Shown here piece after piece: positions 52,701 to 64,000 of a stretch of DNA of 64,000 nucleotides. Numbering within the stretch: the first letter of the stretch is position 1; every line of letters starts with the position of its first letter. Below the pieces are notes generated by a model. It did no database searches, was not told the origin of the DNA, and saw only the letters and a program-made list of their open reading frames with translations. The position numbers and the translations under genes were made by a program. The stretch covers positions 18,788,001 through 18,852,000 of the forward strand of contig NC_045696.1 in the NCBI RefSeq assembly GCF_009834535.1. Reading direction: 5' to 3'. Origin of the DNA: Camelus ferus. Its lineage: Eukaryota.

Positions 52701-53685
52701 TACTTGTTTTGAAAATGTAAGACTTGCTTTTCATCCCTGGAATAAACACTACTTAGTACTGATGTGCTGACCATTTCATTTATTTTATTCAGTTCAGTGG
52801 TTCAATTTGTTACTTTTTTATAAGCATTGTTCCATCTATAAGACACACTGATCTATTGTCTCTCATTTTCTCTCCCTGCCTCTTATTCTTTCACCCTCTC
52901 CCATCTCTCTCCTTACCTTTCTCCTCCTTATTTTTGATATATTTATCAGTTCTTGGTATTAGGGTAATACCAGCCTCCAAAGATGGGGGTTGGAGAGATA
53001 GTTGAGCTGTAATCCCTCATCTTCAAGTTTCTGAAACAGCTATTTAAGATGAGTTTTTTTCCTCCTGTTTTCTCTAATATGTCATTACAATGAACACTTA
53101 AAACCACCTGGACCTGAAATTTTTATTTTTGGAAAAATTTTGGTAATGTGATCAATTTTCTATTTTTAAGATTTGATGTCAATTATGATAAATAGTTTAT
53201 ATTAAGATATTTGTCTATTTAATCCAAATTGTTGAATTTGGGGGCATACCTTGGTTCATAGTGTTATCTTGCTAATCTTTTGATGTCTATAAAATCTATA
53301 ATAACCTCTTTTTCATTCCCAAGAATGTCAATTTGTGTTGTTTTTTTTTCCTTTATCAGTTAGAGGTTTTCCTTTATCAGCTAGAGTTCAGCTAGAGGTT
53401 TATCAAACATCAGTGTACCCATTTTAACTTTGATTTCCTCTACTGTCTGTTTGTTCTTAATTTCAAAGATTTCTGCTCCTATCTTTATGTTTGCTGTCTT
53501 CTACTCACTTTGTATTTACTTTGCTTCTGATTTGGTAGTGTTGAATGTGAGTTCACAAAATTTAGCTCATTCTTTTCTTACACAAGCCCACTTTATGATA
53601 TATTATAATCATTTGTCATTTATCTCAAAATATTTTCTAGTTTCTTTCGTAATTTCACCTTTGACCCATAAATTTATCTGTTACT
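49765..53685 (-). mobile_element. Old LINE-1 (L1M; 3'UTR through much of ORF2), interrupted by an LTR
   Basis: catcaccacaatcaagata (3'UTR); ORF 50114..50359(-) MAAFYAIAPRCKQLKCPST; colinear antisense ORF2 landmarks to about 53.68 kb. Confidence 0.85.
50246..50907 (-). mobile_element. ERV1-class (MER41-like) solo LTR, 662 bp
   Basis: TG...CA termini (minus strand tgagccaggagggaaggggg...cctgtatca); AATAAA at 50388-50393(-); L1 resumes on both sides. Family name is from recall. Confidence 0.85.
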
Positions 53686-53699
53686 AGATTTTGCACTCT

Positions 53700-55350
53700 A
53701 AACTTCCCAAATGGATTGCTTACTTGATACATTATTTTATAGCTACTTGCATTCTATGTGTCTGTGTATTAACCAAACCATATTTAGAACCACTATGGAC
53801 CACAGTTGTATGAAATCCATTTGTATTCAGAACAACCATGATGCTCACTCAGGTTCTCATCCAGATTTTTCATTGATGGTTTTATCAGTATTATGCTGTT
53901 GACATAATGAGGAATGCTCTAGAGACATCTTCACCAATATTGAAAGATTTTCTCACTAGGGTTGACTGAGTACAGTGGCCAAGTTGACCTTGTGGTAGTG
54001 GGTAAAGTCACGTAAAATATAAAATATTTCTATTTCAGATGATCTGGTGCCACCACATGGGCATCATATTGATAGAGATTATTCTTGTATAATTTGCATC
54101 CAGATATTTTCCCATTTTTTTCGTATTCTGGAACTGATTGGCGGCTTCCCACTGCCTCTTTGAAATTCTCAAAAGTTGTAGTTTGGAGGGTAGTAAAGGG
54201 GCCAGGATGTTAGTGAGAGTTTCTTCTGACACAGTGACCGGTGAGGGTATTTTCTGCATTCTCCATATGACTTCCTCCCCCTGCCTTCATACACTGCATT
54301 GCTGGTTTTCTTTTTCTTTTTCATTTTTAATTTTTTGGGAGAGAATTAAGTTTATATATTTGTGTATTTATTTATTTTTAGTGGAGGTACTGGGGATTGA
54401 ACCCAAGACCTTATGTATGCTAAGCATGCACTCTATTACTGAGTTATACCCTCCCCTATCATTTTTTAAAAATAACATCCACCTCCATTAGAAGTACTGG
54501 TATACTTAACAGATCTTTTATTTGTTTAGTATTATTTAATTAAAGTTCTTGCTGAAGTGAAGAAACTCTCTTGTTTTCAAAGTATTTCAAAATGTTTATT
54601 TATCTTCAGAATATACATTTATCCCCAGATTTTTGGCAATCTCTTGTGAATGAAATGTTACAAGTCTGATGAAGTGTCTTATTCTAGGGATGAGTTGAGA
54701 CATATTATGGTATAACCAACCTAATAAGATCTGATTTTGGTCATAAGATATACCAAGACAGGTCTTATTTTGGTAGTAAGATAGGTCACCAATAAAAAAA
54801 ATCAGATTTTTAGAAGATGTCTATTAAATATGTTTGGTGTATGGATAGCTCTTGGAGTATAAACAGCCATGATTTTCATAACAGTATTTAAAATACTATA
54901 GTAATGGATAGAAATGTGTGAAGGAGATTTATAATCTAATTTCATTGGAGATGATTTTACTTGAGGTGAACGCTGTGTCTCATCAGTGAGCACAAAAGAT
55001 TACACAATGTAAGAGGCCATTAGGTTTAAGGGACTCATTAAAATCAAGTTGGCAGAGAATTGCATTAATTTAGCTGAAGCTGATTTTGTCCAAAGATAAG
55101 GTTAATGAACTTTTGCCACAAGATCAAGAGAGAGAGTGTTAAAAGCTGTTAGTTTCTGATGACTTCCATGAAATTAAAGCACCAAGCAGTTACCTGGGAC
55201 ATTCATTAACAACAAATTAAGATGTATGATAATTATGTGGGCCCAACATGGAAGATGATTTACAGCTAATTTTAAATCACAAAACAGTTCACTGATGCTC
55301 AGATAGCAAACATTCATCTCAAATCTGTTTCCTAGGTGTCCAACAATTGA
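53700..55350 (-). mobile_element. pol: Decayed endogenous retrovirus (class I-like) pol: RT connection, RNase H, integrase N-terminus and start of core
   Basis: Manual minus-strand translation: SAKLMQFSANLILMSPLNLM (about 55018-55080), SPSHISIH, RNase H-like VGYTI and NVYSE, integrase LCQQHN (CQQHN 53890-53904) and QMDFIQL (53803-53823), in correct order with many stops and frameshifts. Confidence 0.85.
54331..54456 (-). mobile_element. vic-1-type camelid tRNA-derived SINE
   Basis: Minus strand ggggagggtataactcagtaatagagtgcatgcttagc...cttgggttcaatccccagtacctccac with A and B boxes and A-rich tail; TSD-like tttcatttttaa / tatcattttttaa. Confidence 0.9.
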
Positions 55351-55354
55351 CATC

Positions 55355-57660
55355 TTTTTTAAATGTTTACTTTTTATATAATTTTTAATGGTTACACTCC
55401 ATTTACAGTTATCACAAAGTATTCTCCATCTCCATGTTGTACAATATATCCTTGTAGCCTGTCTTACACTCAGTAGTTTGTATCTCCCACACCCCCATCC
55501 TTATATTGCCCCTCCCCACCTCCACGGGTAACCACTAGTTTGTTCTCTGCATCTGAGAGTCTGCTTCCTTTTTTGTTATATTCACTAGTTTGTATTTTTT
55601 AGATTCCACATATAACTGATAGTATACAGTATTTGTCTTTCCCTGTCTGACTTAGCCTAACGCCCTCCAAGTCCATCCATGTTGCTGCAAATGGCAAATT
55701 TTCATTCTTTTTTGTGGTTGAATAGTATTCCATTGTGTATGTACACCACATCTTTTCCATTCATCTCTTGGTAGACACTTTATTTACTTCCATATTTTGG
55801 CAATTGTAAATAATGCTGCTATAAACATTGGGGTGCATGAATCTTTTTAAATTAACGTTTTTGTTTCTTTCACCATGTATTCAGGAGTGGGATTGCTGAG
55901 TCATATGGTAGTTGTATTTTTAGTTTTTTGAGAAACCTCCATACTGTTTTCTACAATGGCTGCATCAATTTACATTCCCACCAACAGTATACAAAGGTTC
56001 CCTTTTCTCCATATCCTTGCCAATGCTTATTATTTGTGTTCTTTTTGATGATAGCAATTCTGACAGTTGTGAGATGATATCTTATTGTGGTTTTGATTTG
56101 CACTTCCCTGATGATTAATGATATTGAGCATCTTTTCATGTCCCTGTTGGTCATCTACATTTCCTCTTTGGAAAAGTGTCAATTCAGTTCTTCTGCTCAT
56201 TTTTTTGTTAGATGTTCACCCCTTATCAGTCATATCATTTGCAAATATTATCTCCCATTCAGTAAATTGTCTTTTTGTTTTGTAGCTGGTTTACCTGGAC
56301 TATACAAAACTTTTGCATGTAATTAGGTCCCATTTGTTTAGTTTTTGCTTTTTTTTTCCCTTTAGGAGACAGATCCAAAAAAATATTGCTGCAATTTATG
56401 TCAATGTTCTACCTGTGTTTTCCTCTAGGAATTTTATAATATCTGGTCTTACATTTAAGTCTTTAGCCCATTTTGAGTTTATTTCTTTATTTGGTGCTAG
56501 AGAATGTTTTAGTTTTATTCTTTTACATGTAGCTGTCCAGCTTTCTCAGAACTACTATTGAAGAGACTGTCTTTTCTCTATTGTATATTCCTGCCTCTTT
56601 TGTCATAGATTAACTGACATAAATACATGGGTTTATTTCTGGGCTTTCCTGTTTCATTGATTTATGTGTCTGTTTTTGTGTTAATACCATACTGTTTTGA
56701 TTAATGTAGTTTTGTAGTATAGTCTGAAGTCAGTGAACATGATTCCTTCAGCTCTGTTCTTCTTTCTTAAGATAATTTTGGCTATTCAGGGTCTTCTGTG
56801 TTTCCAAACACATTTAAAAATATATTGTTCTAGTTCTGTGAAAAATGCCATTGGTACTTTGACGGGGATTGCATTGAATCTGAAAACTGCCTTGGGTAGT
56901 ATGACCATTTTAACAATACTAAGTCTTCCGATCCAACAATACAGTATATCTTTACATCTGTTTTTGTCCTCTTCAGTTTCTTTCATCAGTTTCTTATAGT
57001 TTGCTCAGTACAAGTATTTTGCCTCCTTAGGTAGGTTTACTACTTGGTGTTTTACTCTTTTTAATGAGATGGTAAATGGGATTGTTTCCTTAATTTATCT
57101 TTCTGATGTTTTGTTGCTAACGTATAGAAATGAAGATTTCTATATGCTAATTTTGTATCCTGAGATTTTACCAAAGCCACTGATGAGCTCTAGTGGTATT
57201 CTGGTGGTATCTTTAGCATATTCTGTACATAGCAGCATATCATCTGCAAACAGTGAGTTTTACTTCTTCCTCCAATTTGGATTTCTTCTATTTCTTTATC
57301 ATCTCTGATTGCTGTGTCTAGGAATTCCAAAACTATATTGAATAAAAATAGCAAGAGTGGGCATCCTGATCTTAGATGAAATCCTTTCAGCTTTTTACCT
57401 TGGAATATAATATTAGCTGTGGGTTTGTCATATATGGCCTTATTATGTTATGTTCCCTCTATGCTCACTTTCTGGTGAGTTTTTATCAAACATGGATGTT
57501 GAACTTTGTCAAAAGCTTTTCTCTACATCTGTTGAGACAATCTTTTTTTTTTTTAATTCTTCAATTTGTGAATGTGATGTATCATAGTGGTTAATTTGTG
57601 GTTGTTGAAAAATCCTTGCATCCTTGGGATGAATACCTCTTGATCATGGTGTGTGATCCA
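55355..57660 (-). mobile_element. 5'-truncated LINE-1 (RT to 3'UTR), lineage-specific
   Basis: ORFs 55951..56154(-) and 56786..56986(-) are ORF2 pieces ([24 protein letters not shown]); 3'UTR shared with 12690-12988. Confidence 0.95.
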
Positions 57661-59384
57661 ACATTTTATACCCTAGTGAATAAAATTTAGCTTTTCTTGT
57701 GTTTTAATAAAAACACATTAGCAGATGTATTGATTCTGCAATATCCATCCACCTTATGTGGCAATAATACAGTTTAAAAAATTGAAATTAGCTCAAGAGT
57801 TGGGCCTGATTGATCTACTTTGCCACAGTTAGTTAAGGAGGGCGGGCCATTTCTGGCTTGCATTTTATTCATTAATTTTGCATGTTATTAAGTACAATCA
57901 TTAATTCTTGCACTTTATTAAATGCAAGAAATATTTATTTAAGTATTCTGCACATTTTCCTTAGTTGGAAATATTTTTATTGAAAGATTAATGAAGAAAA
58001 CCCAGGTATTGCTACTGAGAGAGAAACATATTCCAGCACTCATTTCTGTCTATCAAGTAAGACTATGAAGTAGAATGCTTCCCCACAGCCATCAAAATGG
58101 AGTTTTGTGGCAAAAATAAATAACGTTTTAACAGTGCTTGAAGACTGACTTTGTCACTTGTAAGCTTATCTATTCTGGAGAACATACAAATGTATCTTTA
58201 GGACCAAAGCACGTGCTATTCTACTTGACACTTTGACTTCAATACATATTTGTGTTTATTTAGCTTTTATACTTCAGAGAAGTAGATAACCCATTATTTC
58301 TTGAAGATCAGCATTAGCAGCATTCGCTTCTTCACCAAAGAAAAAGACAGAGAAAATGTTTAACATTGTTGTTAAGGCTGCACGCTTTTTTCTGTGAATT
58401 CACCTTTGATAGTCTTTCTCTTTGTAAAGCCACTAAATGTGCCTTTTATCTATACAAATGTAAAGCAGATGTTCTCATTTGAAATGGAGTTATTGTATAA
58501 AAATGAGGCCTGTAAGAGGTAAAAGTGCTTTCATGAGATTGAAGATAATTTTTCCATGTTGAAATGTGAAATACTTCTCTTGAAATCGTGAATCATTTTG
58601 GGAACATATACACATATATAAATATATACATTAATATATGTCTGTATATATATATAAACATATGTAGATCTTGATGATACCGTGTTACAGCTTGTTATTT
58701 CTGCTTGCTGGGTGTTATTATGTGCATTTGCAATTCCTCATGGTATATGGAAGAGTTATTTTCATGAAGCTATGGGCAAGAGCTACACAGGTTAAAGTTC
58801 AAGGTAAGAAGAGATTCAGTAAACTTTGCATAGAATTGAGAAATGTGTTGGTACTTAATATAATTATTGGAGGATGACACTTGTAGTGTGGCCATTGGCT
58901 CTTACTAGCTTTAAATATGTGATTTCTCAGGCATTGAAACTTCAAGGAATTTGAAGCATAAAGTAAATACATGGTGATGTAACATGGGAGATAGCATAAA
59001 CACAAATAAGAGAGCGCCTCTGTAGCTTTTTCAGGAAATACAGGTTTTGGAAATAAAGGAGATCCAAATAGGGATGGAAGAAGATGAATGTATCAGTGTG
59101 AATATTGCATTATCTGTATTTAAAGAGCAAGAAGGTCTTGAAATATTTAGGATAAAATGAAATATAGACTAACTTGTATAAGAATGGTTTTGAAATTCTA
59201 AACCTGTTTCTTAGGGATATCACTATATGCCTTTGCTGATGTTGTTATTAATTTCACATCAAAGTAAGGATGATGAAGTTTATATGCCTCCTATGTTACA
59301 TTTTCTTGAATCCCGTGAATCTAGGTCCACTACTCACGAAGATCTATCTATGTTGAAATTAAGAACAGTCCAACTCAGTTTTTG

Positions 59385-59475
59385 AGCCTGTGAAATGGAG
59401 CTAATGTAACTACCTCATGTATTTGTCATAAAAATACATATGGCAGTGTCTGTAAAAAGCTTAGCAGACTGTATT
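59385..59475 (+). mobile_element. MIR fragment
   Basis: ctgtgaaatggagctaatgtaactacctcat...tgtaaaaagcttagcagactg. Confidence 0.55.
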
Positions 59476-60754
59476 TTTTTTTGTTCATTTTATTATTGTT
59501 CTTTGTATTATTGTTTTAAAATGATTTGTCTCTGCCTGTGAGGATAGTTTAAGTTAAAAACAACCAACCATCTATATATATGTATTGTGGTTCTAAGACA
59601 TGGTACAAAGACAAAGTAGCACGTTTCCTCTTGCATCTGAATGACTATGAAATATAAACACTGGTGGACCCTAGAAGGAAGCACTGGGCAGGAATAAGGC
59701 TCAGTGAGATTGTTGGAGTGGTACTTCCTCTAATGTCAGAGACCTCACACAATGGCAAGCCTCATTCTACTCTGGGAACTTTGTGCAACACACACACACA
59801 AGCTTTCCTGCAACTCTTTCCGTTAAATGAAATCTGTAAGGGGATTTTCTGCTGCACAGAGTTTTATGTAGTTTTTACCTATAATCACATATTATATCAG
59901 TCACTTCGCAGATCCATTGAAGGCTACTGGGAAACTCCGTTCTATTTCTGTAACTTTTGCTGAGCAACATACAGGCCCAAAAACTGAGGATCAATAGTGT
60001 GAATAAACAGCTCTTCTATGGATGTCAGTGATACTCACATTTTAAAGATTATGATTTTTTTTTCTGTAAGTGACTTAAGGATAAGTCAGTTAATGCATGA
60101 GATGATAGAATTCAGGAAAGACTAAACTATGGACTAAGAACTCATTTAGTCATTAAGGACCTTTATGGTCCCAGCTGCTATCCCACATTGTCTGTAACGT
60201 CATACATAGCACGATTAAATTAAATGATTTGATTAAAAAGTGGAATAGTCAAAAAAGGACAAGCTGTTAAATTTACAGCATATTTTGACAGCTCAGTAAA
60301 GGAATGTTTGCCTGTACCATTTTTAAAACAACAGAATTTATCTGATTAAGTTCTAGTAATGCTGTAGGCAATATTAATGCTTTCTCAAATTGGGCATTTA
60401 ATAACACTAATTGACCTTTACTTATACAACATTTTCAATATCTAAATAATTAGCATGTTGTCTGTATATTTATAGATTGTCTAAGAATGCAAGATAAATA
60501 GATCATTATTTTATAATCACTTTATGCATCCTTCCATTTAAACATGGCAAAGGCGTTTGCTGCTTAAAAACCGTGGTATTGATAACACAGACTATCATGA
60601 TCAAGTTCTGCCAAGAAGAGATAATATCTATCTGATGGACAAATTTATATATTTCCCCACATATTCAAATGAAAATTGATATGACCAGTTAAATAAAATC
60701 AGGGAAAGTGGCTGTACGTTTGATATATGGATTTTTAAGAGCACTGTTTAAAAT

Positions 60755-61160
60755 AATGTGAAATGAGGCTCTTGGAGAGAAGTCAGGACTCCATTCAAGT
60801 CCTACCTTGTGAAATGTGAATTATCCAGAATCTGGCATTTCCTAACGTGAGACCCAAGGCAAGGTACTTAAATCGCTTTGAGAAATATGTTCCTAATAAT
60901 TAAATAGGTGCAATGATATTAATGTCTTCCTTATGGGGATGCTTTGACGTTTAAATGGTATAAAGTTCATGTAAGTACCTATTAAAATGTGCTGTACATT
61001 ATAGATGCTCAATATGCATTTTCTGTTTTTGCAAATACCAAGCTGTTTGATTCAGGTAAACTTCTTGAATTCTCTGGCTCCCATTTTGTCAGTTGTGAAA
61101 TGAGAAAGTTGGTCTGTGGGTCTCTGAGCTCTTTCTCATTTCAGCTATAAAGTTCTAATT
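60755..61160 (+). mobile_element. Tandem MIR and MIR3 SINE remnants
   Basis: ggcaaggtacttaaatc...tagatgctcaata, then caggtaaacttcttgaattctctgg...tgtgaaatgag...cagctataaagttcta. Confidence 0.65.
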
Positions 61161-61449
61161 CATATTACTTGTCTATAGTGAAGTATTCCATCAACAGTCC
61201 TCACTTCATTAACTGAAAATGTGTGTGTAAAGACGTGTGTTTATACAAGTGTATTTTAAAATAGTAATTTCAAGTAAAATTAGAACTAATATTTCTGACA
61301 TAAAGAGTTTCTTTTCTTTCATAAAGACAGGTTTGTAAGGGAGAATAAACCCAATTCTGTGATATCCTATGAATAGAATTTCCAGGAAATATTTTCTTAT
61401 CATTGGTGTTGCATTAAAACTTTATTTAGAAACAAAAACCATTATCCTG

Positions 61450-61820
61450 GGCTATTAGTCTAGATCCTCAGAGAAGCAGATGCCAGGAAGGGATTAAATA
61501 AATGCTGAAGGAATTTATTAGGAGAAATGCATGTTTGAAGGAGACTAGATAGGGCACCTTCAGTTTGCACAGTGAAATTCTGACCCCAAATAAGGGAGGA
61601 AAAAAACGAAAGAATGTGGTGGAGACTACTTTTCATTCTAAAGAAGGTTCTTCAAAGTTAGGAATTCCTCTAGCCAAATTCTGCTTACAATGTAGGCTTT
61701 AGTCTCCTAGAAAGAGTCTGTTTTGGGATGGCCACTGTACTCCATTATGGGAGTTGTAGACTTAGCAATAACATGACAACGGATTTCCAAAGTTTCCTTG
61801 GTCAACTCTGCTCCTTCTAA
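61450..61820 (-). mobile_element. LTR16-like (ERVL) LTR remnant
   Basis: tattagtctagatcctcagagaagcagatgccagg...ggaatttattaggagaaatgc resembles the LTR16 antisense start. Confidence 0.65.
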
Positions 61821-62269
61821 GATCCAGTCTGTAAGAATGCTCACGTGGCTGCTCTGCCTGTGGTTCCTGCTTTCCAGAACTTTTTTACTGGTGGCAAAAT
61901 TCCGCTAAGATCTTAAAGTAGAGATGAGGTCAGAGACTGGGCTGTCTCCTCCAGCTTATGAAGCCTTGTTAGACTTTTGTAAAGCTCCTGTTGTCCACTA
62001 ACATATAAGTAAGGTACATGTCACCTCAATCCTAATTCAAGGGGCAGGGACTTTCTGAAGGCTGCTCTTGATTTTATTAAGATTAAAATATCTCCCCATG
62101 AAACATTCTCAGTAATTTAACTTATCCTGTAACTGTAGCAAACCCAATAAAAAAATCAAAACTAGCTTCCCTGCCTGTTGAATAGCACCCTATTCCACTA
62201 CAGCTATGACTTAAATATATTTTTCTTAATGTCCAACTCAGTCTTTATTAACTGTTTCATCTTGGTAAC

Positions 62270-62554
62270 CAGTGGTAACACATGGTGCGGTGCACCTTTA
62301 TGCATGTCAAGGACCCTAGGGTACACCCTTGAGAAGAGAGGATAAATCCAGTTGCAGAACACACATGGCAGTTTGGAGGGTGGGAAAAGGGGCACAGTAT
62401 TTACAGACTTAAGGGGTGGTGGAGAAGATTCGTCAGCAACAGTGCAGGATGGTGCTGAAGGGAAATGAAATGAGGCAGCGTCAGGCACCAACCTGGACCC
62501 CGTCAGCCTCAGCCAGAGGGGTGTTCTTTTCATGATGTTTTCATGTTATGCCAC
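62270..62554. mobile_element. Possible ancient non-autonomous hAT (Tip100-like) element
   Basis: GC-richer block bounded by cagtggtaac ... gttatgccact, imperfect terminal inverted repeats. Confidence 0.35.
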
Positions 62555-64000
62555 TTATATATGTGACCTTCAGTTAATAACTAGAAAGTCCTAGACTAAC
62601 TAAATCTAGTGAATCATTTGTCAGACATTCTAGTAGGAACAGTTCCTAAAAGGATGCATGAGGTACAGTGTCAACCCTCTGCATGTTTCCATCTGTTGAC
62701 TACACAGAGCTCTCAGACACCTTCAATCTGTTTTTTTTTCTTTTCCTAAATCGTAATATTTTAGAAATAACATATTTTGCCATTCATGTCCCCTGTGTTT
62801 TTTTAAATGATGGTGTTTAAAGATGGCAAATATTTGATATAATTGGACTGGAAACATTTAGAACACTTACACTTGATTACACTTAGCTGCAGCTACGCTT
62901 TAAAAATTTAATAGTGTGATATTTCTAAGGTATTTCTAAGAACAGGATATTTCTAAGAAGAGTAGCGTGATTTTTTTCAAATGGAGTTTTTTTCTAGTAT
63001 CGGTTTATTTTAACTATAGAATATATTCTAGACAGTATTTGTAAGAGCTATTATGAAGTATAAATTGCTCAGGGTCCTGAAGAAGGCATAAAGAGTAAAA
63101 TACAATGGAATAAGTCAATACATCCGTTTTGTAACAAAAATTTTCTTTACTCTGATCCTAATGTCCACTATTAAGTAAATAGATCTGAAATCCATGCAAA
63201 TGGGATGTCAGCCTTGCTAATTAACTATTTGTAAAACAATATATGTGCACAGTGAATTGGCAAGATTACTACATCATAACTATAGCTAGAACATATTAAC
63301 TAATTTATTATAGCAATCTCAACGTCACAATCTTTCGATCTTAATTTCTTAGTAACTTGACATCAGAGAAAATTCCACCATGTAATGAAAATTACTTACC
63401 ACACATTTTAAAACCAGTAGTTTTTAGGTAGTGTGAAATATAGAGTATAAATTTGAGAAAAACACAATGCAAGATTAATTAGAATACTTAGAATAGTGGC
63501 ACAAATCCTTCATAATCTTCTAAAAACCAAGTCAGAAGTAAAACAGAAAAGTAACAATGAAATCCTTAGATATATACTTCCATGAAAAATTAAATATAAA
63601 CTATATACAAAATGAGTGCTCTGTTGGTTCAATTTATTTCAGCCTTGCACATTGATTTGTATTAACTTCCATTTCCTCCTGCCTCCTTAGTGGTGCTTGT
63701 TTTCATGGGTGGTTTATAATTCATCATTATATTCAGTGAAGCATATGGCTCCTTTTACATGCAAAAAATGAAATGCATGTTTGGGGACTACATAACTAAA
63801 TATGGCCCTTTCCTTACTATCAAGGTATTATTTTCAGAAATCTCCGTGAGGCTGCAGCTGCAACCACGTCTCTCACAGATCATCAACACTGTCAAATGCG
63901 TTTAGGAAGACAGTCAGATGGGCACAGCCAATTTCAGCCGCACGGAATGAGTTTTGCCTGTATTTTTAACCACTAGAAAAAACTTCAGGATGTTTTAGCA

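Noticed and set aside
53350..53410. Short tandem duplication (cctttatcag...tagagg)
   Set aside because: Local slippage within a decayed L1
54380..54456. tRNA gene
   Set aside because: Has A and B boxes, but also a SINE tail, a TSD and stem mismatches; it is a tRNA-derived SINE
1..64000. ORF-track entries as host genes or a novel operon-like system
   Set aside because: All are 137 aa or shorter. The recognisable ones are L1 ORF2 pieces, antisense L1 frames or ERV pol debris; the rest are low-complexity chance ORFs in AT-rich mammalian DNA

Overview
AT-rich, CpG-depleted mammalian genomic DNA, intergenic or deep intronic. A vic-1-type tRNA-derived SINE at about 54.4 kb points to a camelid host (alpaca/llama/camel). 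I can support no host protein-coding exon, RNA gene, CRISPR array or prokaryote-type system. The recognisable ORF-track entries are LINE-1 ORF2 fragments, their antisense shadows, or a piece of decayed retroviral pol; the rest look like chance ORFs. The window is a layered record of transposable elements: old L1M, L2, MIR, MLT1/MLT2/LTR16 and hAT elements, overlaid by younger L1s, two solo LTRs nested in L1s, and one SINE. The most notable items are (i) a decayed endogenous-retrovirus pol fossil (RT connection, RNase H, integrase) at about 53.7-55.35 kb, largely missed by the ORF track; (ii) a 419-bp betaretrovirus-like solo LTR inside an L1 that lacks ORF1 and the endonuclease; (iii) a MER41-like solo LTR with a STAT-type motif; (iv) a young L1 with a target-site duplication (TSD) and a possible short 3' transduction; and (v) an L1 apparently split by about 2.1 kb of older DNA. 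I found no convincing new biological system. Subfamily names come from recall of consensus sequences, not a database search, and boundaries of old repeats are approximate.
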